Origin: Desulfosudis oleivorans
GTDB lineage: Bacteria; Desulfobacterota; Desulfobacteria; Desulfobacterales; SURF-7
Assembly (NCBI GenBank): GCA_020723305.1
Contig: DYJC01000023.1
Span: forward strand, 2,451-66,450
Direction: 5' to 3'
DNA: 64,000 nt
Position numbers and translations under genes: made by a program. Positions 18,631 through 27,987 of this stretch are shown one piece after another (position 1 is the first letter of the stretch; each line of letters begins with the position of its first letter). The notes under the pieces were generated by a model. It had not been told where the DNA came from, searched no databases, and worked only from the letters and a program-made list of their open reading frames with translations.

Positions 18631-20211
18631 ATGTCATACAGAAGGAGACTTGCGACTTACCTAAACCACGGGTTCTGTTTTATCTTTTTGTCCATATGGG
18701 TTTTATCTTCCATTTTAATATCCTGCGGAACAGACAACCCGAATACGGAGAACCCGATTCCCCAGCAATCCGGGGTAGAAAGATCCATCGGTCCGGAAGG
18801 CGGTATTGTGGAAATAACCGATCCGGATCATTCTGCGTTTGGAGCAAAAATCAGCGTTCCTTCCAAGGCTCTTGCAAAAAAAACACTTCTCTCGATTCAA
18901 AAATCAAATAATACCGACTCGCCCCCTTCTGAGACTTTTCCTGCAGGAGAGGTGATCAGCTTCCTTCCGGAAGGTACGGTTTTCAAAGAAGCCGTAACCA
19001 TTTCCCTGCCATACTTTGATAAAAATCACGATGGATTTATTGACGGCACATCCATTTCCGAAGAAAACATCCGCGCCATGGTTTTCAACAAACTGAGCAA
19101 CCTGTGGCAGGATATACCGTTGACCGGACTGGACACGGAAAATAATCTTCTTCAAATACAGACAACCCATTTTACGGATTATGAAGCCATACTGTATTTA
19201 ACCGAAAAATGTGAATCAACCGATACATTGATTCAAGCCGGTCCTTTTTATTTTACGCTCTATTTTGATTTCAGATCCGAGCCGAAAATCTATAAAACAT
19301 CCGTATCGGATGTGGGTGCGGATTTGAATGTAGGAAATGCAACACTGATCGATAACAGCACTTCTGTGTTAGAAGAAGAAAATTTTCAAGATATGTTTAA
19401 ACAGGTCGTTGATGCAACCAAATGGTCCTGGTCATGGGAGGTCGTTACAGAACTGACCTTATTGGAAAACAAGGTCGGTCTTACAGATGAAGAAGTCGTG
19501 GCAACGATCCTTGCTGTATCCTCTAAAAGTCTTCAATTTGAATGGAATTTTGATTATCAACAAATGGCACCTTCTGAAATGCTGGTACTAAAATTTATCG
19601 GCACAACGGATACAGTCTGCACATTGCTGGACAGAACACCGATTTCACCCCAAAACCTGACGATAGACCAGGTAACAGACTCCAGTATTCAACTCTCCTG
19701 GGATGAGGTGACCAATATTTTCGGAACCGTTCAATACAATCTTTATATGAGTGAAGACAACGGCTCAACATACCGACGGATATCCACAAATAACACAAAC
19801 ACCGGCACGGCAAGTCGCCTTTCCCCTCTGACAGGTTACCAGTTCCAGGTAACAACGCTATATGACAATCGATTGGAATCCGATTTCAGCAGTGCGGTTA
19901 CTGGAACAACGATCGCCGAAAACATTTTGCCGACAGCGCCGTCCAACCTTGTGTCATCGACCATAACAAACAATATGGCTTTTTTAACCTGGGATGCCTC
20001 AACAGATGAAGATGGAAATATTGTGAATTATATCGTTTATATCAGCAGTGATGATGAGAATTACTCCGTTTACTCAACCGTAACAACCACTTTTGCAAAC
20101 ATCACTGGGCTATCATCGAATACCACTTATTTTTTTAAAATTTCTGCGGTTGACAACCGGAACGATACTTCAGAACAGAGTGAAGCGCTTTCCATCACCA
20201 CATTGCAATAG
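18631..20211 (+). CDS. Lipoprotein with ZU5-like domain and two fibronectin type III domains
   Basis: LISC lipobox; IGPEGG..VP..AL and P.GTVF..VTI..TTHFT (ZU5-like); two P.NL..W..Y..Y FN3 repeats. Start uncertain. Confidence 0.7.
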   Translation: MSYRRRLATYLNHGFCFIFLSIWVLSSILISCGTDNPNTENPIPQQSGVERSIGPEGGIVEITDPDHSAFGAKISVPSKALAKKTLLSIQKSNNTDSPPSETFPAGEVISFLPEGTVFKEAVTISLPYFDKNHDGFIDGTSISEENIRAMVFNKLSNLWQDIPLTGLDTENNLLQIQTTHFTDYEAILYLTEKCESTDTLIQAGPFYFTLYFDFRSEPKIYKTSVSDVGADLNVGNATLIDNSTSVLEEENFQDMFKQVVDATKWSWSWEVVTELTLLENKVGLTDEEVVATILAVSSKSLQFEWNFDYQQMAPSEMLVLKFIGTTDTVCTLLDRTPISPQNLTIDQVTDSSIQLSWDEVTNIFGTVQYNLYMSEDNGSTYRRISTNNTNTGTASRLSPLTGYQFQVTTLYDNRLESDFSSAVTGTTIAENILPTAPSNLVSSTITNNMAFLTWDASTDEDGNIVNYIVYISSDDENYSVYSTVTTTFANITGLSSNTTYFFKISAVDNRNDTSEQSEALSITTLQ

Positions 20212-20335
20212 TCCGGGCTGAACATAAAAGTCATCGCAATGAATATCGGATGATTTGACATCCTTTTCTCTGTTCATTATACTCACCTCATGATGGTTTC
20301 ATTTGAATAATTCATTTTCCAATAGAGAGATATTT

Positions 20336-21682
20336 ATGTCAAAATCCAAACGCATGTTTACCAAAAATAGTTACACACGCAGAGAATTCCTTCATGTCGC
20401 ATCCATTGCAACTGCCGGTTTTGTAGCTGGATGCGCAGTGAATCCCGTAACCGGAAAATCTCAACTGATTTTGGTTTCAGAAGATAAAGAGATCCAGATG
20501 GACAAACAAGGCTCTCCTTACCAGTTTTCAGCAGATTACGGCAGGATTCAGGATTCCTCTTTAAATGACTATCTCAACCGAACGGGAAAGGCGATGGCAG
20601 CCAAAACCCATCGGCCCGGCATGCCGTATACATTCCAGGGGGTGAATGCGACCTACATCAATGCATATGCCTTTCCGGGGGGGACGATCGCCGCAACCAG
20701 GGGCATTTTGCTGAGTCTTGAAAATGAAGCAGAACTGGCCGCTCTTTTCGGGCATGAGTTGGGTCATGTAAATGCAAGACATACAGCCCAACAGATGTCA
20801 AAATCCATGCTGACACAAGCCGTTGTCGGGGGAATTGCCGTTTATGCAGGAACCAAAAATTCCGCCTACTCACAGGTGGCATCCTCACTCGGCATGATGG
20901 GCGCCGGTGCGCTGCTGGCCTCCTATAGCAGGGATAATGAACGGGAGGCCGACTCTCTGGCTTTGGAATACATGACCAAATCCGGTTATAATCCGGATGG
21001 ATGCACAAAACTAATGGACATGTTGAGAAGCATGTCCAAACATAAACCCGGCACACTGGAACTGATGTTCGCAACCCACCCTATGAGCGATGAAAGATAT
21101 CGGAAAACCGTGGAAGAGATACAGGCCAAATACCGTGCAGACCAGGATAAGCCGGACTTTCGTGAACGGTATATGGATCATACGGCTGGACTGCGGAAAA
21201 TAAAAAAAGCCATTGAGCTGCTGCAAAATGGTGAAAAACTGATGGCGAGCCAGAAATACAGCTCAGCAGAAGAATCCTTTGCCGCAGCCCTTTCCATTGC
21301 ACCGGATGATTATGCCGGATTGCTGATGATGACCCAGTGCCAGATCATGATGAACAATCATACCCGTGCGGAACAGTTTGCAGAAAAAGCTGGTCATGTT
21401 TTCCCGCAGGAACCCGGTTCCCTGCACCTGAACGGGCTTGCAAAAATGAACCAGAAAAAATTCAGCACAGCCTATGATCAATTTGAAAAATACGATAAGA
21501 TACTGCCCGGAAACCCAAACACGACCTTTTATCAGGGGTATTGCCTGGAAAATATGAAACAGACAAAATCAGCCGCGGATCATTATAAAACCTATCTTCA
21601 GGCTGTCAACCAGGGAGATAAGGCAAAACATGCATATCAGAAACTGGTTGAGTGGGGATATATCCGGCAGCCGGCGAAATAA
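20336..21682 (+). CDS. M48 (BepA-like) metalloprotease lipoprotein with TPRs
   Basis: TRREFL Tat motif, AGC lipobox, NAYAFPGG, HELGH, YSRDNEREAD and THP motifs. Confidence 0.9.
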   Translation: MSKSKRMFTKNSYTRREFLHVASIATAGFVAGCAVNPVTGKSQLILVSEDKEIQMDKQGSPYQFSADYGRIQDSSLNDYLNRTGKAMAAKTHRPGMPYTFQGVNATYINAYAFPGGTIAATRGILLSLENEAELAALFGHELGHVNARHTAQQMSKSMLTQAVVGGIAVYAGTKNSAYSQVASSLGMMGAGALLASYSRDNEREADSLALEYMTKSGYNPDGCTKLMDMLRSMSKHKPGTLELMFATHPMSDERYRKTVEEIQAKYRADQDKPDFRERYMDHTAGLRKIKKAIELLQNGEKLMASQKYSSAEESFAAALSIAPDDYAGLLMMTQCQIMMNNHTRAEQFAEKAGHVFPQEPGSLHLNGLAKMNQKKFSTAYDQFEKYDKILPGNPNTTFYQGYCLENMKQTKSAADHYKTYLQAVNQGDKAKHAYQKLVEWGYIRQPAK

Positions 21683-21721
21683 ATGAGGATATCGAAAAAG
21701 CTGAACTTTTCCTTTTTTCAA

Positions 21722-22138
21722 TCAATCTTGTGGCTTGATCAGCCAATTTTCAAGTTTAAGGGATGGGATACGAGAGAAGTGTTTTGTATTTCCGGTTATC
21801 AGTGTGAGATTGTTTGCCATCGTAATGGCTGCAATCTGGATATCCGCCCATGATAATCGCATGCCTTCTTTTTCAAGTTTCGCACGGATTTTACCTGCAA
21901 TGTAGGCTGCACCCACATCAAATTCAAGAACCGCGATCTCAGTAAGAAGAACCTCTTCCAGTTTCTTCATGTGATATTCGGGTCGTTGGCTTTTATAGGC
22001 GCCGTAAACAATTTCTGCTACCGTAATGACGGAAATAAACTGCTCATCCGGTGAAATCCGCCCCAGATGATGGACAAGATATTGTGAAGGCTTTTTTTTC
22101 AGAATATTTGTGATAACATCCGTATCAAAGAGATACAT
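21722..22138 (-). CDS. vapC: VapC PIN-domain toxin
   Basis: MYLFDTDVI, AEI, DIQIAA and LITGNTKHF motifs. Confidence 0.9.
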   Translation of the reverse strand: MYLFDTDVITNILKKKPSQYLVHHLGRISPDEQFISVITVAEIVYGAYKSQRPEYHMKKLEEVLLTEIAVLEFDVGAAYIAGKIRAKLEKEGMRLSWADIQIAAITMANNLTLITGNTKHFSRIPSLKLENWLIKPQD

Positions 22139-22409
22139 CTCGACCGGCCCCCTCACTGCGTCTCGTTTTGATTGCTTCATCCAATGTGTCTTGTATTTCT
22201 TCGAAGTTTTTCCATTTATGGATTACAGATAAAAGGCCCTTTCTTTTTTCTGCTTGTTCAAGTTCCTGTAAGTCTTTCATACTGATTATTGCAGCAACCG
22301 GGCGATTGCGTTTTGTAATGATTATGCGATACTTTGAAAAAGCACTTCGATTTATAAATTCAGAAAATTGTTTTTTTGCATCCACTACTGAAACGGTAAT
22401 TTTTTCCAT
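22125..22409 (-). CDS. Phd/YefM-family antitoxin
   Basis: VVDAKKQFSEFI...IIITKRNRPVAAII; overlaps the vapC start. Confidence 0.88.
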   Translation of the reverse strand: MEKITVSVVDAKKQFSEFINRSAFSKYRIIITKRNRPVAAIISMKDLQELEQAEKRKGLLSVIHKWKNFEEIQDTLDEAIKTRRSEGAGRDVSL

Positions 22410-22687
22410 TTGTCATTCTCCATTCCGAACAAGTCATTATACCCTTAAAGACTATTTATTAAAACTCATTTTGTCAATCAAAAATAACCCGCCAAAAATT
22501 AGAATGCTTCAATCTGTTGACATAAAATACAATTTTTGAGATACTATAAATATAGAAACTGAACAATCATCGGCAAAAAAGCCGTTGGGTTCAATCTTAT
22601 TTCAGACGGATAACTCATACAATTAAAACCTCAAAAGAAGATAGTTCCGATTTGCTTTCATATTGACACTATATTTGGTCACACAAA

Positions 22688-22713
22688 GGGCAGACACAGG
22701 GGCCTGCCCTTAC
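22688..22713 (-). repeat. GTAG-type REP-like palindrome
   Basis: Minus strand GTAA-GGGCAGGCCCCTGTGTCTGCCC. Confidence 0.5.
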
Positions 22714-22840
22714 GAATTATGACATCTTGATCGCAAAACGGAATAAAATCATCTGAGATTCACAATTTTGACAATTCGTTATCATCAATTTCTGTTAAAA
22801 TGCATGATACAGGACAAGCGCAGTTTACACAGGAGGAAAT

Positions 22841-24901
22841 ATGGCCACCAAAGTGAATCCTACTTTCCAGAACCATCTTGCTTCAGTGAAAGAAGGAACC
22901 CGAAAATTTGAAAATGCCTTTCAAGGCGTATCCAGGATGATTCTGGAAAAGAAGATCGACAAGGTAGTGGTAAACGGAAAGACGACCTATGATTTTGAAA
23001 TTTTCCGCAAAGGGAAAAAGCATATCATCGGCATGTATGACGAGCTGAACAGTTTTGTCTCCTATGTAAAAGACGCTGCGGAAGGTGGTTCATCCAAAGA
23101 GATGGCCTATGTTTTAGTAGGAGAACCCGGGAATGGGAAAACCTTTTTTGTGGATTATCTCTGTGCAAAATACAGGGAATTTCTATCCATTCCCGTGAAT
23201 AAAAAATACACTTTCAAGTTTACAAATCTGGACAAACTGGGGACCTATGGCAGAATCACGGCTATTGAATCCCAGACCTACGAAGACCCCATGATACTGG
23301 GCATGAACCTGTTTGAGGATCTGGATGAAAATAAAAAATTTCTTTCCCAGAAAGCCGGTTTCACGGATTCCGAGATCGAAACCCTGTTTGAAAACTACCG
23401 TCCGCTGGGCGCATGCAGCGGATACATCTGGAATGACATCCGCAATTTAACAGACGGGAAAATCGCACAGATGATCAATTTTATCGAAATTGTGCCTGTT
23501 CCACTTACGGAAAGTTTAGGTACGATAACCGGAAAATATCCGGCAAAAGATAAGATCACCTCTTCCGCCGTCGATCTTCTGGGAGAAGAATCCATTCAGC
23601 GGCTGCTGCATATCACGGATACCAACAATCCATACCGGTTTGATTTACGGCGGGGCGCACTGGCCCGCGTAGCCGGTGGAGGCATCCATTTCAGCGATGA
23701 GATCTATAAAAACAAAAAAGATCTGGTTCAGGTATATCTTGGTGTTATCCAGAACCGGAACATTGAGATGGACGGATTCAAATGGCCCATTGACACCCTG
23801 ATTATTGCAACCAGCAACAATTCGGAATTCAATCGATTCCTGGAGGAAAAAGAAGAAGCCCCGATTGTGGACAGATGCCGCATCTGCTATGTTTCCCACA
23901 ATACAAATTATAAACTTCAGAAAGAGTTAACTGAATACTCTATCGGCAGCGATGCCAAAACAACACTGAATATGGAAGCTCTTCACCAGGATCCAAACCT
24001 CAATTATGCTTCCTCCGTGGCCATTGTCCTGTCCAGACTTCCACGATCCGAAAAAATCACACCGATTGAAGCCATGAAACTCGCTGCAGGCGAAGTTGCC
24101 GGAGAGAAAAGCATCAAAACACTGGCGGAAGTTATTGACACGCTGAACCAGGAACCCGACATCACCAAACGGTTCGGACAAAAAGGATTGGGACAGCGAA
24201 ACCTGGGCAGAGCCATTCAACTGATGATTGAAAGCTCGGAAACCAATGAAGGCAAATGCATGTTTGCCTATGATATTTTTAAAACCATTGAACGTGTCAT
24301 CCTGGACTATGTCAACGATGTCGCGGACCGGAACAAATATCTGGAAGACCTGAAAACCGCAAAAGGGCTTTACCGGGAACGCATCATGACGGAAATGTTC
24401 AACGCCTATATGGATGAACCACTAGCCATCACAAAAGACGTAATGAGCTATGTCAACATGATTATCGGGATTGATGCGGAAAATCTCGGCCCGGATAAAA
24501 TGTGGAAATTCAAGGATCCTCAGACCGGAGAGCTGAAAGCGATCAAGATCGACAAACGCTACATCAACAGCATTGAAGAAAGATTGGGACTGAAAACCGA
24601 TGAGCAGCGGGAAACCTTCCGGACATCCATCCGGAAAATATATGGCCAGAAAATATCATTGGATCCCAATTACAACTTTATGGACAATCTTGAACTGGTA
24701 AAAGCAGTCACCGATGTTCGCCTGAAATCCGATATTGCCGGAGCCGGAAGCCTGATCGGTGCCCTTGCAAACCGGACGAATGAAGAGAACAAGCAATTAT
24801 ATGACCGCATGATCAAAACCATGCTGAACAAGCTGGGTTACTGTAAAACCTGTGCACAAAAAACAATTGAATATTTCTGCACCCAGGAAGATGAGAAGTA
24901 G
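22841..24901 (+). CDS. prkA: PrkA/YeaG-family AAA+ ATPase (paralog 1)
   Basis: Walker A GEPGNGKT, DLLG..SI, IIATSNNSEF and IVDRC motifs; adjacent to YeaH and SpoVR genes. Confidence 0.85.
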   Translation: MATKVNPTFQNHLASVKEGTRKFENAFQGVSRMILEKKIDKVVVNGKTTYDFEIFRKGKKHIIGMYDELNSFVSYVKDAAEGGSSKEMAYVLVGEPGNGKTFFVDYLCAKYREFLSIPVNKKYTFKFTNLDKLGTYGRITAIESQTYEDPMILGMNLFEDLDENKKFLSQKAGFTDSEIETLFENYRPLGACSGYIWNDIRNLTDGKIAQMINFIEIVPVPLTESLGTITGKYPAKDKITSSAVDLLGEESIQRLLHITDTNNPYRFDLRRGALARVAGGGIHFSDEIYKNKKDLVQVYLGVIQNRNIEMDGFKWPIDTLIIATSNNSEFNRFLEEKEEAPIVDRCRICYVSHNTNYKLQKELTEYSIGSDAKTTLNMEALHQDPNLNYASSVAIVLSRLPRSEKITPIEAMKLAAGEVAGEKSIKTLAEVIDTLNQEPDITKRFGQKGLGQRNLGRAIQLMIESSETNEGKCMFAYDIFKTIERVILDYVNDVADRNKYLEDLKTAKGLYRERIMTEMFNAYMDEPLAITKDVMSYVNMIIGIDAENLGPDKMWKFKDPQTGELKAIKIDKRYINSIEERLGLKTDEQRETFRTSIRKIYGQKISLDPNYNFMDNLELVKAVTDVRLKSDIAGAGSLIGALANRTNEENKQLYDRMIKTMLNKLGYCKTCAQKTIEYFCTQEDEK

Positions 24902-24908
24902 TTGAGAT

Positions 24909-26303
24909 ATGGATCCAAAACTTTATCTATATTATCAGGAGCTCAAGGAAAGAGGGCTGTCCGCTGAACAGGAAAATCTCATCCAGACCGAGATGAATTT
25001 TCCGGGAACCCACCTTCCCGAACCGGATCATGCTGATTCAAATCTGAACGGCATGGAAAATTCAGCGCTGAACCCTGTTGACCTGTACTCGTGGAATGAC
25101 CTGAATGCACTTCACCGGAATCCTCCTCCGGTCTACTCCTATGTTACCGCCCTTCGCTCGCTTGACGAACTTCTTCAACGGGATAAACAGCGGGAAGAGG
25201 ACAACTTTCCCCGGAAGGTAAGGGTCGGAAGACTGGTCAAACCGGGGAAAGGCGGAAAAAACAATGTCATCATCGTGCCCACAACTGTTGAAGAAAAATT
25301 CATCCATGATTCTTCTTTTGGAAAAGAGGAAGAAGAAACCATGGGGGGCGCCGGTGAGGGAGAAGAAGGAGACATCCTCGGCGAGCAGCCCATCCGGCCT
25401 GAGGATGGCCAGGATTCAAGCGGCCCTGGTGAAGGAGAGGGGGGCGCCCATGAGATTGAATCCAGCGCTTATGACCTCGGCAAAATCCTGAGTGAGCAGT
25501 TTCAACTGCCCTATATCAAAGACAAGGGGAAAAAAAGATCCCTGACACGTTACACCTATGACATGACCGATAAAAACAGGGGCTTTGGCCAGATTCTGGA
25601 CAAAAAGGCGACCCTCCGTAAGGTACTGGAAACCAACATTGCTCTTGGAAATGTCCCGGACAACAGCAACATTGATCCGACACGCTTTCTGATTGCGCCC
25701 AGCGACAAAGTATACCGCATTCTTTCGCGGGAAAAAGATTATGAATCCCAAGCCGTTGTCTTTTTTCTGAGAGATTACTCAGGGTCCATGTCCGGAAAAC
25801 CGACCAGCCTCATTGTGGCCCAGCATGTTTTGATTTACAGTTGGCTTGTATATCAATACTCCATGCAGATAGAATCACGATTTATCCTTCATGATACGGA
25901 AGCCAAAGAAGTTCCTGATTTTTACACCTATTACAACTCAAAGGTAGCCGGAGGTACAAAAGTGTCTTCGGCCTATAAACTGGTGAACGAAATCGTTGAG
26001 AAAGACAATCTTGCACGGAATTATAACATTTACGTTTTTCATGGCACAGACGGTGACGACTGGGATACCGACGGAAAGGAAGCTGTTCCGCTTCTGGATA
26101 AAATGACAACTTATGCCAATCGAATCGGAATCACCATTGCCGAACGTGCATACGGCTCCAAAAAAGAGAGTGAAGTTGAAAAATATATCAAAAAATCAAA
26201 CCTTCTTACACAAAAACCAAAACTGATCCGGATGGACATCCTGCAGGAGAATGCAGACGAGCCCAGGCTGATTGAAGGAATCAAACATCTATTATCCGAG
26301 TGA
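24909..26303 (+). CDS. yeaH: YeaH/YhbH (DUF444) vWA-domain protein
   Basis: Gly/Glu-rich linker, AVVFFLRDYSGSM (MIDAS), GGTKVSSAY and YNIYVFHGTDGDDW. Confidence 0.88.
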   Translation: MDPKLYLYYQELKERGLSAEQENLIQTEMNFPGTHLPEPDHADSNLNGMENSALNPVDLYSWNDLNALHRNPPPVYSYVTALRSLDELLQRDKQREEDNFPRKVRVGRLVKPGKGGKNNVIIVPTTVEEKFIHDSSFGKEEEETMGGAGEGEEGDILGEQPIRPEDGQDSSGPGEGEGGAHEIESSAYDLGKILSEQFQLPYIKDKGKKRSLTRYTYDMTDKNRGFGQILDKKATLRKVLETNIALGNVPDNSNIDPTRFLIAPSDKVYRILSREKDYESQAVVFFLRDYSGSMSGKPTSLIVAQHVLIYSWLVYQYSMQIESRFILHDTEAKEVPDFYTYYNSKVAGGTKVSSAYKLVNEIVEKDNLARNYNIYVFHGTDGDDWDTDGKEAVPLLDKMTTYANRIGITIAERAYGSKKESEVEKYIKKSNLLTQKPKLIRMDILQENADEPRLIEGIKHLLSE

Positions 26304-26306
26304 TGA

Positions 26307-27962
26307 ATGGAACTGATTAATCAACATACCAAAAAAATCATGGAAGGCTGCAAGGAGCGGGCAAGGGATGCAGGACTTTCCTTTGATAACGAAACGCTTG
26401 AATACATCGTAACCAACCGGGATCTTCTGGAGCTTTCCCCCAAAATCATGATACCGACCCTTTATGATTACTGGGTGCATGATGTAGAGGTTCTCAAGGA
26501 ACAGGGCCGATATGAATTATACCCCAGCAACCCCTACGAAACCGTTATCAACACAAGGCCGGCCATCTCCTTTTATAATGACAACAATCCGGACTGGCTG
26601 AACGTCATGATTTTTTATCATGTACTGGCGCACATCGATTTTTTTCAGAACAACCTCTATTACCGTCATACCTGGGACTTTGATTTTACAGGCCAGGCCC
26701 TTGCGGATAAACGCCTGATTGCAAGACTTCGATCTGAAAAAGGAAGATGGGTGGATTACATAATTGAATTCGCCCGCGGCATTGATAATATTGTCGGGTA
26801 TTTCAAGGAACTGTCTCAATACAATGGGGCATCTAAGCCTTTGAAAACCAGCCGGCTGGATTTTTATTTTGATCTGTTTCTTCAAACAGAAAAAAAGATA
26901 CCCATACACGAGTTTATCCAGGAACTCGAAAGATACAATCAATGTATTCGAGAGCTGGGCGAGTCCGGTGAAAAAACGTTTTTCTCCGCAGTCACAACAA
27001 AATATCCCGAGTTTGAAGCCATTTATGAAAGGTTTTGCGAGGAAAAAACAAAACCATATATTGACCTGCTCCAGTTCCTGATCGAACACTCGCCGTTTTT
27101 AAACCAGAATGAAAACCAGTGGATGAAATCCATTCTGCATGTGGTCCGGAAAACATCCCTGTTTTTTCAGCCTCAGATCCGGACAAAAATCATGAATGAA
27201 GGCTGGGCCAGTTACTGGCATGAGGTATTATTTTTAAAGGATGACCGTATCAAAGGTCATGAAGTGGAGTTTGCCCGCGTAAATGCCGGGGTTACAGCCC
27301 TGCCCCGTGTCGGACTGAATCCATATGCACTGGGGATGCGTCTTTTTTATCAACTGGAAGAGATCGCTGACAAGGGCAAATATTCCATGAAATTCCGCCG
27401 GCTCCTTGACTCCGTAGCACGGGATAAATTTGACTTGCAGACCGGAAAAGGAAGGGAATTCATATTTTCCATCCGGAAAAATCTGGCTGACTTTCTGTTT
27501 GTGAACACCTTTATTGATCAGGACTTTGTTGATAAAAACAGGTTGTTTGTTGCCGGCAAAAGATTGAATCAAACCAAAACAGCCTGGCAGTACTATGTAA
27601 AAAGTAAAAAAGCGGAAGATTACCGGAAAATGATCACGGATGCATTGTACCATCCCCCTCATATTGAAATTGACCAGACAAAAAGCCGTAATGGTTCGTT
27701 ATATCTTGTGCACCTTTTTGAAGAAAAACCGCTTGTAAAAGATTATATCCGAAATACAATGCTCGGAATCGAATACTTATGGGGTGCACCTGTTCACCTT
27801 GAAACAACGGAACCAGCCGCTGATACTCCCCCAAAATGGAGTCTCTCCATGCCCTTTATGGGAGGTACACCTCAAGAAGAAACAAATCGAGGATTAGGGA
27901 TGAAACTTTCAAAAGTACTATACACAATGGAAAAACGAAAACTGACCCGAAAAGTTTTATAA
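26307..27962 (+). CDS. spoVR: SpoVR/YcgB-family protein
   Basis: YETVINTRP, HVLAHIDFF, PQIRTKIMNEGWASYWH and NPYALG motifs. Confidence 0.92.
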   Translation: MELINQHTKKIMEGCKERARDAGLSFDNETLEYIVTNRDLLELSPKIMIPTLYDYWVHDVEVLKEQGRYELYPSNPYETVINTRPAISFYNDNNPDWLNVMIFYHVLAHIDFFQNNLYYRHTWDFDFTGQALADKRLIARLRSEKGRWVDYIIEFARGIDNIVGYFKELSQYNGASKPLKTSRLDFYFDLFLQTEKKIPIHEFIQELERYNQCIRELGESGEKTFFSAVTTKYPEFEAIYERFCEEKTKPYIDLLQFLIEHSPFLNQNENQWMKSILHVVRKTSLFFQPQIRTKIMNEGWASYWHEVLFLKDDRIKGHEVEFARVNAGVTALPRVGLNPYALGMRLFYQLEEIADKGKYSMKFRRLLDSVARDKFDLQTGKGREFIFSIRKNLADFLFVNTFIDQDFVDKNRLFVAGKRLNQTKTAWQYYVKSKKAEDYRKMITDALYHPPHIEIDQTKSRNGSLYLVHLFEEKPLVKDYIRNTMLGIEYLWGAPVHLETTEPAADTPPKWSLSMPFMGGTPQEETNRGLGMKLSKVLYTMEKRKLTRKVL

Positions 27963-27987
27963 TCATTATTTGGATTATTTATAAATT

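Noticed and set aside
21722-22409. vapBC as an integron cassette or part of a mobile island
   Set aside because: No flanking attC, TIR or TSD seen; appears to be an ordinary stand-alone TA locus.
22643-22746. Possible third MITE with TTCCG.TTTGC ends around a REP hairpin upstream of prkA
   Set aside because: The inverted ends are imperfect, there is no TSD, and only one copy is in the window; only the REP was kept.
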